Source: the human T2T-CHM13v2.0 reference genome, Homo sapiens. Taken from it: a DNA stretch of 64,000 nt. Location: the NCBI RefSeq assembly GCF_009914755.1, contig NC_060930.1; one strand, given 5' to 3'. This document shows positions 1-20,017 of the stretch, one piece after another. A program made the translations under genes and the position numbers. Each line of letters starts with the position of its first letter. The stretch's first letter is position 1. Below the pieces are notes generated by a model. It searched no databases. It had not been told where the DNA came from and saw only the letters and a list, made by a program, of their open reading frames with translations.

Positions 1-811
1 AAAATTAAATGTTTTATTTTACTTGAATGAACAGCAAACTGTATAGGTTTCACAGTCTATAAATATATATATTTTAAAACTGGTTCCTTGACTCTGTTTT
101 CTTCATCCTAGGGATCTAAATTGCTTCCTTTGGAAAACTGACTAAAATTTCACCAGGACAGTTAAGACAAAGTAACATTAGTTGTAGTTTTATTTTTTAT
201 AGTTATATGCAATAGCTATAACTTATTATAGTCTGATTATAATCTTCTATTCCTGTTCTTTGCCATAAGCGATTTTGACTTTTAAGAGACTTTTGACTTG
301 TAAGAAGAATGCAAAATTTATTATCTATTTTCAATAAATTAGTCAGAATAAGATCTTACCTATTATTTTCTTTTTTTTTTTAGGCATCCATTAATTTTAT
401 TCAGTAGCGAAAAGTACTTGGAAATAAATTTTGGAATTTTTCAGTTCATGCCTTATTTGGTACTGGATATTCTGCAAGTTTATCCAGGACTTCCTGGACT
501 TTTTGTATCCTGTGCTTACAGTGGGATGTTAAGGTATGAACTATGACTCTAATAACACATGATTTCCCGGTTGTATCTTTCTTTTTTCTTTCTTTTTTTT
601 TTTTTTTTTAAATTACACTTTAAGTTCTGGGATACATGTGTAGAACACGCAGATTTGTTGCATAGGTATACACATGCCTTGGTGGTTCACTGCACCCATC
701 AACCTGTCATCTACATTAGGTATTTCTTCTAATGCTATCCCTCCCCTAGCCCCCAACCCCCAACAGGTCCAGTGTGTGATGTTCCCCTCCCTGTGTCCAT
801 GTTCTCATTGT

Positions 812-4639
<3,828 letters not shown>

Positions 4640-4702
4640 TATGATGCTAGCTGGTTATTTTGCCTGTTAGTTGATGCAGTTTCTTCATAGTGTCGATGGT
4701 CT

Positions 4703-5708
4703 TTACAATTTGGTATGTTTTTACAGTGGCTGGTACCAGTTTTTTCTTTCCATATTTAGTACTTCCTTCAGGAGCTCTTGTAAAGCAGTCTCTCAGCATT
4801 TGCTTGTCTGTAAAGGATTTTATTTCTCCTTCACTTATGAATCTTAGTTTGGCTGGATATGAAATTCTGGGTTGAAAATTCTTTTCTTTAAGAATGTTAA
4901 ATATTGGCCCCACTCTCTTCTGGCTTGCAGGGTTTCTGCAGAGAGATCCACTGTTAGTCTAATGGGCTTCCCTTTGTGGGTAACCCAACCTTTCTCTCTG
5001 GCTGCTCTTAACATTTTTTCCTTTATTTCAACCTTGGTGAATCTGATGATTATGTGTCTTGGGTTGCTCTTCTTGAGGAGTATCTTTGTGGTGTTCTCTG
5101 TATTTCCTGAATTTGAATGTTGGCCTGTCTTTCTAGATTGGGGAAGTTCTCCTGGATAATATCCTAAAGAGTGTTTTCCATCTTGGTTCCATTCTCCCCA
5201 TCACTTTCAGGTACACCAATCAAACGTAGGTTTGGTCTTTTCACATAGTCCCATATTTCTTGGAGGCTTTGTTCATTCTTTTTCATTCTTTTTTCTCTAA
5301 TCTTGTCTTCACACTTTATTTCATTAAGTTGATCTTCCATCTCTGATATCCTTTCTTCCACTTGATCAATTTGGCTATTGATACTTGTGTATGCTTCACG
5401 AAATTCTCGTGCTGTGTTTTTCAGCTCCATCAGGTCATTTATATTCTTCTCTAAACTGGTTATTCTAGTTAGCGATTCCTCTAACCTTTTTTCAAGGTTC
5501 GTAGCTTCCCTGCATTGGGTTAGAACACACTCCTTTAGCTCAGAGGAGTTTGTTATTACCCACCTTCTGAAGCCTACTTCTGTCAATTATCAAAGTCACT
5601 CTCCGTCCAGTTTTGTTCCTTTACTGGCAAGGAGTTGTGATCCTTTGGAGGAGAAGGGGCATTCTGGTTTTTGGATTTTTCTGCCCTTTTGTGCTGGTTT
5701 TTCCTAAT
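4703..5708 (-). pseudogene. L1 ORF1 (RNA chaperone), disrupted
   Basis: Fragments 5164-5586 and 4647-4913 match ORF1p. The expected start codon reads ATT (5708-5706) and the stop is TAA at 4705-4703. Confidence 0.88.
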
Positions 5709-7262
5709 CTTCATGGATCTATCTACCTTTCGTCTTTGATATTGATGACCTTCAGATGGGGTTCCTGTTGGCCATCCTTTTTGTTGATGTTGAGGCTATT
5801 CCTCTCTGTTTGTTTGTTTTCCTTCTAATGGTCAGGCATTAAGACCTCTGCTGCAGGTCTGCTGGAGTTTGCTGGAGATCCATTCCAGACCATGTTTTCC
5901 TGGGTGTCACCAGTGGAGGCTGCAGAACAGCAAAGATTGCTGCCTGTTCCTTCCTCTGGAAGCTTGGTCCCAGAGGGGCACCCACCAGATGCCACCCAGA
6001 GCTCTCCTGTATGAGGTGTCTGTCGACCCCTGCTGGGAGATGTCTCCCAGTCAGGAGGCACGGGGGTCAGGGACCCACTTGAGAAGGCAGTCTGTCCCTT
6101 AGAAGAGCTCAAGCGCTGCGCTGGGAGATCTGCTGCTCTCTTCAGAGCCAGTAGGCAGGAATGTTGCTGAAGCTGCGCCCACAGCCACCCTTCCCTCAGG
6201 TGCTCTGTCCCAGGGAGATGAGAGCTTTATCTATAAGCGCCTGACTGGGGCTGCTGCCTTTCTTTCAGGGATGCCCTGTCCAGAGAGGAGGAATCTAGAG
6301 GCAGTCTGGCTACGGTGGCTTTGCTGTGCTGCGGTGGGCTCTGCCCAGTCCAAATTTCCCAGTGGCTTTGTTTACACTGTGAGGGGAAAACTGCCTATTC
6401 AAGCCTCAGTAATGGTGGACACACCTCCCCCCACCAAACTCCAACATTCCAGGTCAATTTCAGACTGCTGTGCTGGCAGCAAGAATTTCAAGCCAGTGGA
6501 CCTTAGCTTGCTGGGCTCCATGGGGATGGGACCCACTGAGCTAGACCACTTGGCTCCCTGGCTTCAGCCCCCTTTCCTGGGGAGTGAACAGTTCTGTCTT
6601 GCTGGTGTTCCAGGTGCCACTGGGGTATGAAAGAAAATTCCTTCTGCTAGCTCGGTGTCTGCCCAAACGAGTGCCCAGTTTCGTGCTTGAAACCCAGGGC
6701 TCTGGTGGCATAGGGAGCTGAGGGAATTTCCTGGTCTGTGGGTTGTGAAGACCATGGGAAAAGCATAGTACCTGGGCCAGAATGCACTGTCCGTCACAGC
6801 CCAGTCCCTCACAGCTTCCCTTGGTTAGGGGAAAGAGTGCCCTGACCCCTTGTGCTTCCCAGGTGAGGCAATGCCCCACCCTGCTTCAGCTCGCCCTCTG
6901 TGGGCTGTGCCGTCTAACCAGTCCCAATGAGATGAGCTGGGTATCTCAGTTGGAAATGCAGAAATCACCCACTTTCTGCATTGATCTCACTAGGAGCTGC
7001 AGACTGGAACTGTTCCTATTCAGCCACCTTGCCAGCTACCCTCTTTTCTATCTTACCTATCATTTTCTATTGAAATGAACCACCTCCCAAGTATAGCAGT
7101 GCCCACCATAATTCAACTTACTTAACTGAGCTTATGTTTTTTGATAAAAGGCTTTGTTTTGTTTTGTAGCTTTATTTATTCTGTATTGGAACTTATTACA
7201 TTGCCTGTTAACACGTGGTCCAAACCATTTACAAGGAGCTCCAGTCTTACATATGGATATAG

Positions 7263-7558
<296 letters not shown>

Positions 7559-8252
7559 TAGATCTGGGTGTATGAGAAATGATAGCAGTATTGAGTCCCT
7601 TTAACTTACTAGCTGCTGTGATCTTGGCCAAATTTCTTAACTTCTTTAACATTCAATTCCATCATCTCAAAAGGAAGGGTATATAATACCTAAATTATAG
7701 TGTTACTGTAAAGATTAAGTGGGATAGTGTGTGTCAAGTTCCTGGTCTAATTCCTAGAGCATAAAAAAGTGATCAATAAGTGATAATGACAACAAAGATA
7801 ATGACAACAAAGACAATAGTTGATAATGGGAGATAGAAAAAAATAGAAGAGGATGATTTTGGTTACTCCATATCCAACCCATGTATACTAGACAGAATTT
7901 ACTAATTCTTCCCACTCAATCCAGGAGCTGTTGGGAAGACAGTAAGGGTTTTACATCTTTTTGAATGGTATCGAGGGATGACAGAGAGTCTATGGACAAG
8001 CTGTGCAGAAGTGACTGTGTCCTTTCTCTTCCTTCATTCATCAATTATTACTGTGTGCCCAACATGTGCCAGGCCCTTCTCCAGGCACAGGAGATACAGC
8101 TGGGGGAAACGATGCCTCCTGCCCTCTCAGTTTATATTCTAGAGGCAGGGGAGACAATTAAAAAGATAAATAAGTCCAAATAAAGTGTTTAAACGTTGAA
8201 GAGAAAAATTCAGCAAGGAAGAGGCATTGGGAATGTGGGAGCGGGGAGCTTA

Positions 8253-8614
<362 letters not shown>

Positions 8615-8857
8615 AAAGACCTAAAGGCTGTGAGGGAGCAAATCACATGGATAGAGGAAAAAAACAAAAACATCCAGGTTAAAAAAAAAAAAAAAACGAG
8701 CCAAGGTCCTGAAGTGGGGCAAGCCCAGTAAGTCCAAATTCAGCCAAGTGGCCACGGTGATTGGAAGCCCTGAGCAAAAACAACAGAAGGAGGTACAAAA
8801 CCAGTATGGTGGCAGCAGCTGGTGAATCATACATAACTCATTATAGGAACCTAGGTT

Positions 8858-9203
<346 letters not shown>

Positions 9204-9593
9204 TGAGAAGAGGGGTGACATGGCCTGATTTACCTGTTAAGAGGATCATTCTGTCTGCTGTGTTGAGAATAGACAGCAAGCTGCCAGTTAGAAGAACAGT
9301 ATAATATTGTAGGTGGGAGATAACGGTGGCTAATAACAGAGCAGGAGCAAGAGAGGTGGGGAGGTGTGGTCATATTCTGGATATTTTTTATGGGTAGAGC
9401 CAATAAGATTTCTTAATGGATTATGAAGAGAGAAATCAAGGATAACCCCCAAATGTTATAACTGGGCGAATGAAGTTGCCATTCAACAAGCAAGAAAAGA
9501 CTTAGAAGGAGCTGGATGAGAGAGAAGGGTTGGAAAATGAGGACCAGGTATTTAGCTACGTCAGTCTGGAATTGAAGAGAGAGATCCAAGCTG

Positions 9594-9704
9594 GCTTTGG
9601 GAGGCTGAGGCAGGAGGATTCCTTGAGGCCAGGAGTTCAAGCCTGCAGTGAGCTGTGATCGCTCCACTGTACTCCAGTCTGGACAACAGAGCTAGACCCT
9701 GTCT

Positions 9705-9736
<32 letters not shown>
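9594..9736 (+). mobile_element. Partial Alu monomer (FRAM/AluJ right arm)
   Basis: tgggaggctgaggcaggagg...gaccctgtctc followed by an A tail. Confidence 0.8.
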
Positions 9737-9737
<1 letters not shown>

Positions 9738-10819
9738 TTCAGAATCATAAGAATATAGAATGAATTTAAAGCCATTTGTAAGGAGCTGTAAAGCAAGGAT
9801 GGGATAAACACCTAAAACAGACTTTGATCGAGTAGAGCAGAGGAGAGCAGGGGAAAAGAACACAGAAATGGAAAGCAATGGGTAATGATGGTTCCTGCAA
9901 GGGACTTCAGGGTCAAGCATGCCAAGCACAGCACACTGTGACAGGAAACTGGCCATGGGGGCAGGGCTGTGAAGGCAGATGAGCAATTCTGCCTCCTCTG
10001 TGCTCACCAGTGTGCCCCGATGATCTCACTTTACTGGTTCTTACACCTCGACCTACCCTCCACAGTCAAGGGACATTTGCTTCATTATTTAATTCTAACT
10101 TAATCTTTCTATTAAAAAGATAATAATTTTCTAAAGGGTTTACTATATTTTAAAAATGTGAAGAAAGCTTAGAAAGGAAATGTTTATCTACCCATTTCAT
10201 ATGGAAATAAAATTTCATGCTTAAATTGCCATTTGGTTGTGCTTGTTAGGAATCCCTAACATCCCTAAGGATTTATTAAAGCAGGATCTTCGAGGGGGTC
10301 TATCCTCAGTTATCATAACTCATGACCTGTGACATGGGGTGAAACTTGGGGCTTTGGGGGCTTTTTTGCCTGTGCCTGGTCTTTGCTAGCTTTCCCCTTC
10401 CTACCCTCAGGAACTCAGTTTTTGGCCCTTTTCCCTTTTCATCCTGTACACACACTCTCTCTGGGAACTCCAACACTCCATATAACCACCACTTATCTGC
10501 TGAGGCTCCTCATTTTGCCATTTCTCAGCACAAAGCTCATGAAAACAATGCTTCACCAGTTATCTCCCTTGTGTCACAGGCATCTCAGAAGCCACACATC
10601 CCAAACCATTCATTTTTCTCCAGACATCCTCTTCCTTATCCAGAATTCCCTCTCCCACAAGCTTCACCATCACTTATGAAGTCTCCAGAGCCAAAAACCT
10701 AGGAGTGACCCTAGACTCTTTCACTCTCCCCACTTCAACCTAGCATCCAGTTAGACTTGTTAATTCTACAATTTAAATATTACTTTCTCCCCTACGCCAT
10801 TTCTGCAATTCCTGCATAC

Positions 10820-11117
<298 letters not shown>

Positions 11118-13383
11118 CCTCCTATATACTCTTATAATTCCATATATCCAAAGATTTAGCAATTATTTACTTGTATGTCTGTGTCACCTGTTAGACTGTG
11201 AATTCTTTGAGGGAGATTAGTGAATCTTATTGTGTAGAGGTGAACTAACTAATGCCAGATTTCTGCAGGGTGAGACCAGTTGGTAAAGATGAGGGTATAG
11301 ACATCAGTGGCTGCAGCAAGAGGCACTGTAGAAGGGGCAGATATTTGTAACAGTAAAAAGCCTTGCAAAGTTGATGTTGGATGATGCCCCCTAGAATTGT
11401 GTGTATGTAGCCTGCACAATCGCATGCAGAGGTCCTGATTAAATATTCCTGAATCTGTGAATGAGAATTTACTGAATGCCTGATATCTGGTGGGAGATAA
11501 AGTATCAATCACAGTTCTTCTGTCCTCCAGGAGCTTCCATGTAGTTGGAGAGAAGAGGTGGATGCACAATACGTGACAGTGTAGAATTGTTTGATTTTCA
11601 TAGTGTAGGCTGTGTCCTGGAAGATAAAAATCAATGAGATTAGAAATGAAAGGCTTCTTGCAGGAAGTAAACCTAAGAGGGGCTCAAAAACTGGTAAAAT
11701 CCAGTAAAAAGGAAGACAAAAAGGAAATAAATACATGGATTTAGAAGTGTGTTCACAGGACAGTCAAGAGTCTGGCCTGACCAACAGAGAGGTCTCATGC
11801 TGTGGGATAGCAGGACAGAAAGTAGGGCAGGTAAAAGACAGAAAAATTAGGCAGAGCATGAATGTGCAAAACGATGAGTCATTGATTTAAGCAAACTGGA
11901 ATTAAAATTTGACCCTATCCTCTACATAAGGCTGATATTTCTTTTGGCTCAGTTGGATTTCCTTAGGTCTTCTTCCACAAGAAGCACCAAGATATGGATC
12001 TAGTAGTCTGCAAAAGTAAAGGAAGTTAGAGGGCGTGCCTGATGTCAGCCAATGGAAACACACCAGCTGATTAAGGAGGGGCATTATTTCACTTAAAAAG
12101 GGGCTCTTGCTTCTCTCTAAGGACTCAAAGGCTGATCAATTCAATGAGAAAGACAACATTGAAAGGACTTGAGTGGTGGGTAACCAGAACTAGAACTCCA
12201 CAGGAGAACATCAATTGTAGTCTTTACAAATATGTGTTTAACTACAGAAAGAGTGCTTAAAGGACAGTCCAAAGAAACATCTTTGTGTATGAGTGTGAAG
12301 GAAACAGAAGATATCAGTTAAAGAAAGGACAAGAAAGGAAATGAAAAAGAGGTGTGAGATTTGTCAACCTTTTCCCTAAGCGCCCTTTCCAGTTCTCAGT
12401 GAGTGCAATATAATAACTACCCAACATGACAAAAAAACTCATCATGAAACTTCAGCCAGTGGCAAAGCAGAATGAGCAATTTCATAGAACACAACCAACA
12501 ACTGACATGAGGTCTGCAACAGAACTACAAAAGGAAGACAAGTTAACTGTTAAACCTCCAACAGTTATGTTCTGCTGGGTTAGGAACAACAAAATTTAGA
12601 GGCCACATAGTCTTACATTTTATCCCAAGATGTAAATGTTTTCCTTCTATAAGCTTGCTTAGAAATTGAACACACCAAACTATAGAAGATTTTTTCCTGT
12701 AATTTGTTGTGCATTATCAGCTATTTACGTAATTACTCTAATTAAGCTAGTTACAGCAGTTCCTGTAAATATGTGAAAGATCACTGAAACATGTAATTAT
12801 GTCCTTATATCATTAATTAAACTGTATCAGCTGGGAAAATTACTATAACTATGTCTGGAGGTGTCATTAGTCTGTGTAATGGAGACATAGAATTCTTTAT
12901 TGAACTATAATAAAGTGTTCTGCATTAATAATACATTTAAAACACCACTTGTGATTTTTTAAAGTTCCAGATCTCAGCATAAAAGAAATATGTATCTTTT
13001 ACTCCACAATGATTTGAAAAACGGACGCAGGTTTTAGGCTTTTTTTATTACCAACTTGGGTAGAAGGCAAGTTGACAAGTGGGCCCAGTTCCCTAGTGGC
13101 CATTCTTGGCATTGCAGCAGGAGCGGCAGCATCAAGCCCTGGGCTCTTCCTCCTGGAAGAGGCTCAGCCAAAGCTCATGCTGGGAGAACTTCCCTGCTTC
13201 CCATGCTGAACCCGCCCCAACTGTTCCCTCCTAGGTTCTCATGCACCCACGAACCAACCTCTTTTCTCATCGTTTATATGTAAATAGATGTCCGAATGCC
13301 CCTAGCCAAAATATTAGATTAATAATAGTAAGAAAAGGAGTAGAAAAACTTCAAAGTAGTACATTTTTTAAAATAGAATTTCA

Positions 13384-13562
13384 GGCTGGGCATGGCGGCT
13401 CACGCTGGTAATCCCAGATACTCAGGAGGCTGAGGTGGGAAGATTACTTGAGCCCAGGAGGTCGAGGCTGCAGACAGTCATGATTACACCACTGTACTCC
13501 AGCTTGGGTGACAAAATGAGATGCTGTCTCAAAAAAAAAAAAAAAAAAAAAAAAAGAAAGAA
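13384..13562 (+). mobile_element. Alu monomer (FAM/FRAM-like)
   Basis: ggctgggcatggcggctcac... single arm with a long A tail. Confidence 0.8.
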
Positions 13563-14548
13563 AGAAATTTAGACATCATGAATATGATAAGTGCAGCTGA
13601 GAATCCAGTCTTTCATGCCTTCAAATCAGTCAGTTTCTGTCTCCTTCTGAGGCTGGCCCTGCAGTCAGCACTTGGAGATACCTCAAGCCTTATACCAGGA
13701 GGCAGCACCCTGATTCAGTCAAGAAAAAACGCAGATCGCTCTGCCAGGGGATGGCATACCGTGGCCACAGACACTCTTATTGGTTCAAAGGATGCTCAAT
13801 ATGAAGAAAAAGGTGCCTAGGACTGAAAAGATGAGGGGATCCCCAGAACTTCAGAAAGACACACAGGAAACCCCCTCCTTCAGAAAATAACAAACAGAGA
13901 AAGCTTTCAGTTCTTCAAGTGCAAAAAATAAAAGCTTATGACTAGAATTCTGATTCTCTTTAGTTTAATGTGTATTTCTGGGGAGAGGAAAAGATTAACG
14001 TTCTTATACCAAAATCTTACACAAGGTTTCATCTTTTTTTGGAAATCAACAACTACATTTTAAAAGCAAATTCTTTGAACTAGAAGTTTCTGACTTTTAG
14101 CAGAAAACTACACGATTTAATTTTTAATAATTATAAAATACAATACTTAGATTTGTCTCCAATCTTTGTATGTAGCAAATAACATACTTGACTATGGTTC
14201 CATCAAATTCACATTTATGGATGAAATAGTTGTTTAGAACTAGATTTAAATTAGTTGAACTTCTTTCAGCTTCATTCTGTAAGGCAGAATTAGGTTGATT
14301 CTACAAAATGGCACATAATAAGACACGAGTGACTCCTCACTTTTTGGGTCCAACAGTAACTTCATGAATCTAATGACTGCTATGGAAACTCTCGCCTTTA
14401 AAAAACGAAAACTTGAATATATTCATTGTATTTTACATAAAATTTTGTCTCCTAAAGTCTACTCACAGACCTAAAATATACATTGAATTTTTAATTTGTA
14501 TGAGTGTTTTCTATCAGGAGCACTGAAGTAGAGTGAGAACTTAATTAA

Positions 14549-14875
<327 letters not shown>

Positions 14876-15057
14876 TAAGGAAAGAAAATCATGGCAGATA
14901 ATCACATGCCACATAGAATACTGGCAATATTTTAATGTACACACTGGTCAGGAAATTAGACCAACTTTTAGTACACAAACACTGCAAATATTGCTACTTC
15001 TACTTCCCATCCTTCCTTCCTTCAATTAATTTTCATATAGGTTCAGAATGTTCATTT

Positions 15058-15150
15058 TATGTATATATACATACTTTTATGTATACATATATATACACAT
15101 ATACTATTACATATATATATATACACACATATACTATTTTATATATATTT
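15058..15150. repeat. (TA)/(TACA)-rich simple repeat
   Basis: Alternating TA-rich low-complexity sequence. Confidence 0.75.
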
Positions 15151-15903
15151 CTATTTCCTAACATATTCCTGAGGTAACACTGTCTTTCCGATCCTGCAGG
15201 GTTGCCATCACTGACTCCCAGGTGATGCAGCCTCTGCAGATCTATCCGCTGGCTCCAGATTGTCAGCTTCTGTCTTTAGTTCTGAATTCCCCCACCTTCA
15301 GGAGTTATCTGGTATTCTCAAAGAGAAGGGTGGCTAAGAAGGGAGGTTTCTTTCCAAAAACTCCCCTTAGGCAAGGCAGGCAGAACTGTGAAGAGAAAAC
15401 AGAAAATAGGAGAGCTTGTTCTTGTTTTCTGAATCCCAAAGAACGTCACCCCCAATGCTGTCACTCACTAAATGGAGCATCTCAGGAGGAGAGATGCTGC
15501 AGCCAGTCTCAGAGGAAGGATCTCAGTCTCCTGGACATATCTGTTGCTTTCTTTCACTTGGTGATAGACAAGCCACGATCTCATTTCAAAGCCTTCAGTT
15601 AGGCTATGGGATGCTACCTTCAAAATCAAGCTTCTCTTAGATCTATATAGAGGTGGAACACAACATGAAGATTGGATATCTAATATTGGCCTGAGGTTTT
15701 CTTTGTTCTGGGAAGTAATCACTGGAGCGACTCTCTTGGTATGACATGCATGGCTGCAGAGTTCCTCCCAGGAGACTGGACAGTCAATGGAGTCCCTCAT
15801 GCCACAATGGATTCACTCATCTCTTTTAGGTGAGTAGTTGCTCTCAGAGAGCAGTTCAAGAGGCCTTGGCATGATTGTTTACAGTAAGGAAAACAAGAAT
15901 CTA

Positions 15904-16282
15904 TTTTTTAAAAAACTTTTAGGTTCACAGGTACGCGTGCAGGTTTATATAGGTAAACTTGGGTCATGGGGGTTTGTTGTACAGATTATTTCATCACCCA
16001 TGTACTAAGCCTAGTACCCAATAGTTATTTTTTCTGCTCCTCTTCCTCCTCCAGCCCTCCACCTTCAGGTAGGTCCCAGTGTGTATCGTTCCCCTTTATG
16101 TGTCCATGTGTTCTAATCATTTAGCTCCTGCTTAAAAGTGAGAACATGTGATATTTGGTTTTCTGTTTCTATGTTAGTTTGTTAAGGATAATGCCCTCCA
16201 GTTCCATCCATGTCCCTGCAAAGGACATACTCTCATTCTTTTTTATGGCCACATAGTATTCCATGGTGTATATGTACCACAT
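15904..16282 (-). mobile_element. 5'-truncated L1 3' end (older L1PA)
   Basis: ORF2 C-terminus WYIYTMEYYVAIKKNE plus 3'UTR; TSD GGAAAA[C/T]AAGAATCTA at 15888-15903 and 16283-16298. Confidence 0.88.
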
Positions 16283-16739
16283 GGAAAATAAGAATCTAAT
16301 ACTACAATTCTTAAAGACTTCGATGATAGCCAAAAAACTATATGTCTTTGAAGAAATTATTTTTAAAAAGCACTTTATAACATGTTGAATATAACATGCA
16401 TTTATGAGTACTATATTTATTAGAGAGGCAGAGCAAAACTGAAAAAGTCCTCTTTCCAAGGCTACCAAATGCAATACACTTGCTAAGATTTATCACCTAC
16501 CTAATGAGGTTAATTGAGATTTTTTTACTCCAGAGTCTCATGTGGGCCTATTCTTGACCAAACCCCCGCTCAAAAACTAATGTACACCAAGAGGTAATGG
16601 TTACAAATGGATCAATGTGGTCATTTAATTCAAAGCAATGGTTGGAACAGGAGTCTGACAACACCCTAGGGTTATTAAGTGTCAGAACAACAGGGAAAGT
16701 AACTTTGCTCAGGGCAATCTACTGAAAACACTTAACATT

Positions 16740-17055
16740 GTGCTGTGCACGGTGGCTCACACCTATAATCCCAGCACTTTGGGAGGCTGAGGAGACAGGA
16801 TCACTTGAGCCCAGGAGTTTGAGCCCAGCCTGGGCAAACATAGGGAGACCCTGTTGCTACAAAAAATAAAACTAATTAGCCAGGCATGGTGGCACACATC
16901 TGCGGTCCCAGCTACTCAGGAGGCTGAGGTGGGAGGGTCACTTGGGCCCAGGAGGTCAAGGCTGCAGTGAACTGTGATTGCGCCACCGCACTCCAGCCTG
17001 GGTGACAGAGCAAGACCCTGTCTCAAAAAGAAAAAAAAAAGAAAAAGAAAAGAAA
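16740..17055 (+). mobile_element. Alu (AluJ-like)
   Basis: Alu dimer with J-type gagcccaggag. Confidence 0.88.
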
Positions 17056-17306
17056 AGCCTGGGTTACATAGGGCAAGTGCTCACCAACTTCTTACCTGGT
17101 TGTTGGAATTAAGAATAACCCAAGCTCCCTTGGACAGAACTTTATGCACCTTGTATGGTAATTACTACATGCTGGTTTCCTCCCACTAAGCACCTCCAAG
17201 GGCAGGTACTTGTCACACTCATCTTTTGTCTGCAAGCTCCTAGCAAGTGCTTGTCACAAAGTAAACCCTCCTTGAGTGTTTGTTGGCCTCCAAAGAAGTG
17301 ATAAAT

Positions 17307-17573
17307 TGGGAGGCCGAGGCGGGTTGATCACAAGGTCAGGAGTTTGAGACCAGCTTGACCAACATGGTGAAACCCCATCTCTACTAAAAATACAAAAATT
17401 AGCCGGGCATGGTGGTGGGCACCTGTAATCCCAGCTCCCAGCTACTCAGAAGGCTGAGGCAAGAGAATTGCTTGAACCCGGGAAGTGGAGGTTGCAGTGA
17501 CCCGAGATTGCGCCATTGCACTCCAGCCTGGAAGACAAAGTGAGACTTGGTCTCAAAAAAAAAAAAAAAAAAG
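17307..17573 (+). mobile_element. 5'-truncated Alu (AluS-like)
   Basis: TSD AAGAAGTGATAAAT at 17293-17306 and 17574-17587. Confidence 0.9.
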
Positions 17574-19077
17574 AAGAAGTGATAAATGCCCTATTTTTGT
17601 GATATGTCCAACACAGCACCATGCCAACTATGAATCTTGAAAATTATTTTTGAAATCCCAGAAGGAAAAATAAAAGACAGATACATTTCTTTTTTACTAT
17701 ATGGAGGCAACATAAATTTTCTAGGTCCTGTTGTTAGAGCTCCCTTGCATCCTTTTTGGTACAAATCAGTGATCCAGAGGATATCTAAATAGCTTAAATA
17801 AAATGAAAGCCCTACCTTTTGGATTTTTTGGAAGCTGATTTCAGCATGGTGATACTCAAAATATCAGAGGTGCTGATTTGTTGTTGATTCCCTTCATTGC
17901 CTTCACTAACACCAAGTCATATATTTCATAAAGGAAAAGCTTTTACATTTTACATGAAAACTGACCATAATACTACTAAATCCCAGTTGTTTTCTTAATT
18001 AGTTTATGCCTAATCATGGCCAACTAAGTCCTACAGCCCCAGGCATGACTCAAAGCCAGAAATGCCAATAATTACTGACCTCAGTAGGTCACGTATTCTT
18101 TCTTTGGAAAATTATCTGGAGTAAATTCTTATTCAAAAATCTCTGTGGAGTTACTCTTTATTCTATTTGTTGCAATGAGTTAACCCTCTTATAGGTCTGG
18201 AATTTCACAATCCCTCTTAAAATAAGTAGTATTCTCAGTTCACTCATTATTTGCAATACTCATAGATGAACTATTCAATTACTGAAAAGAAATCTAGGAA
18301 TAATATCACTTTAAAAAAATCTCCTAGGAAGTCCCTAAGGTTTTGTGATCATAAAAGCCTGGGTTCAAAACCTAGCTCTAAACTTTAAAGGTTGTGTAAA
18401 TTTGCACATGTACTTAAACTCTCAACTGCTCTATTTCCTCCTCAGTCAAATGGAGATAAGACTCACTACTGGCAAGGATGCTTTGAGGGTTAGCAATAGT
18501 CTAAAAAAGTGGCTGACATATAGCAAATGCTTAATAAATAGTAGCTATTAATCTAGTGTCTCAGTCTATTAATTACAAACCATATTTGTGTTCTTGTAGT
18601 AATTTATCCACAGGTTATGAAACACTTGGACATATATTATCCACTAGATCCTCACTCTGGTTCTGTGGGGTCATGCATAGTACACGTACCATTTCTCTTA
18701 TATTGATGAAGATTTAGGGTCAAATATTAAACATTTTGCCCAAAGCTGCACAGTGAGTTTGGGAGCCCTAGGACTCAAGCTCAGGGTCTCTGACTCCAAG
18801 TCAGATATGTACGTCCTGCCCTCCTTCTACCCTGCCTGCTATCACTGACTCAGGCAGCCTACACATCCATTTAAGGTAAATGTTTATTGTTTGATCAAAA
18901 GCTGAATATCAAATGATCTAACTGGAACCTATTGGGATAAATCTTTTTATTTTCCAGCACTCAGGAATTCTACAAATTTGATCTTTAAGAAAATGATGAA
19001 GATGAGTATGAATAGCTTGAAGACAGCATAATACCTTAAGCCAAGGTATCTGACCTTGAACAATTCCATGCCCTACA

Positions 19078-20017
<940 letters not shown>

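Noticed and set aside
382-577. Processed-pseudogene 3' end (AATAAA plus poly(A) on the minus strand)
   Set aside because: It shares one TSD with the adjacent L1 and has no recognisable coding remnant, so a 3' transduction explains it better.
12426-12599. 57-codon ATG ORF (MTKKLIMKLQPVAKQNEQ...)
   Set aside because: No recognisable homology, promoter or splice context; the length is compatible with chance.
15222-15800. Overlapping 126-aa and 110-aa ORFs in non-Alu DNA
   Set aside because: No domain similarity that I recognise and no exon structure.
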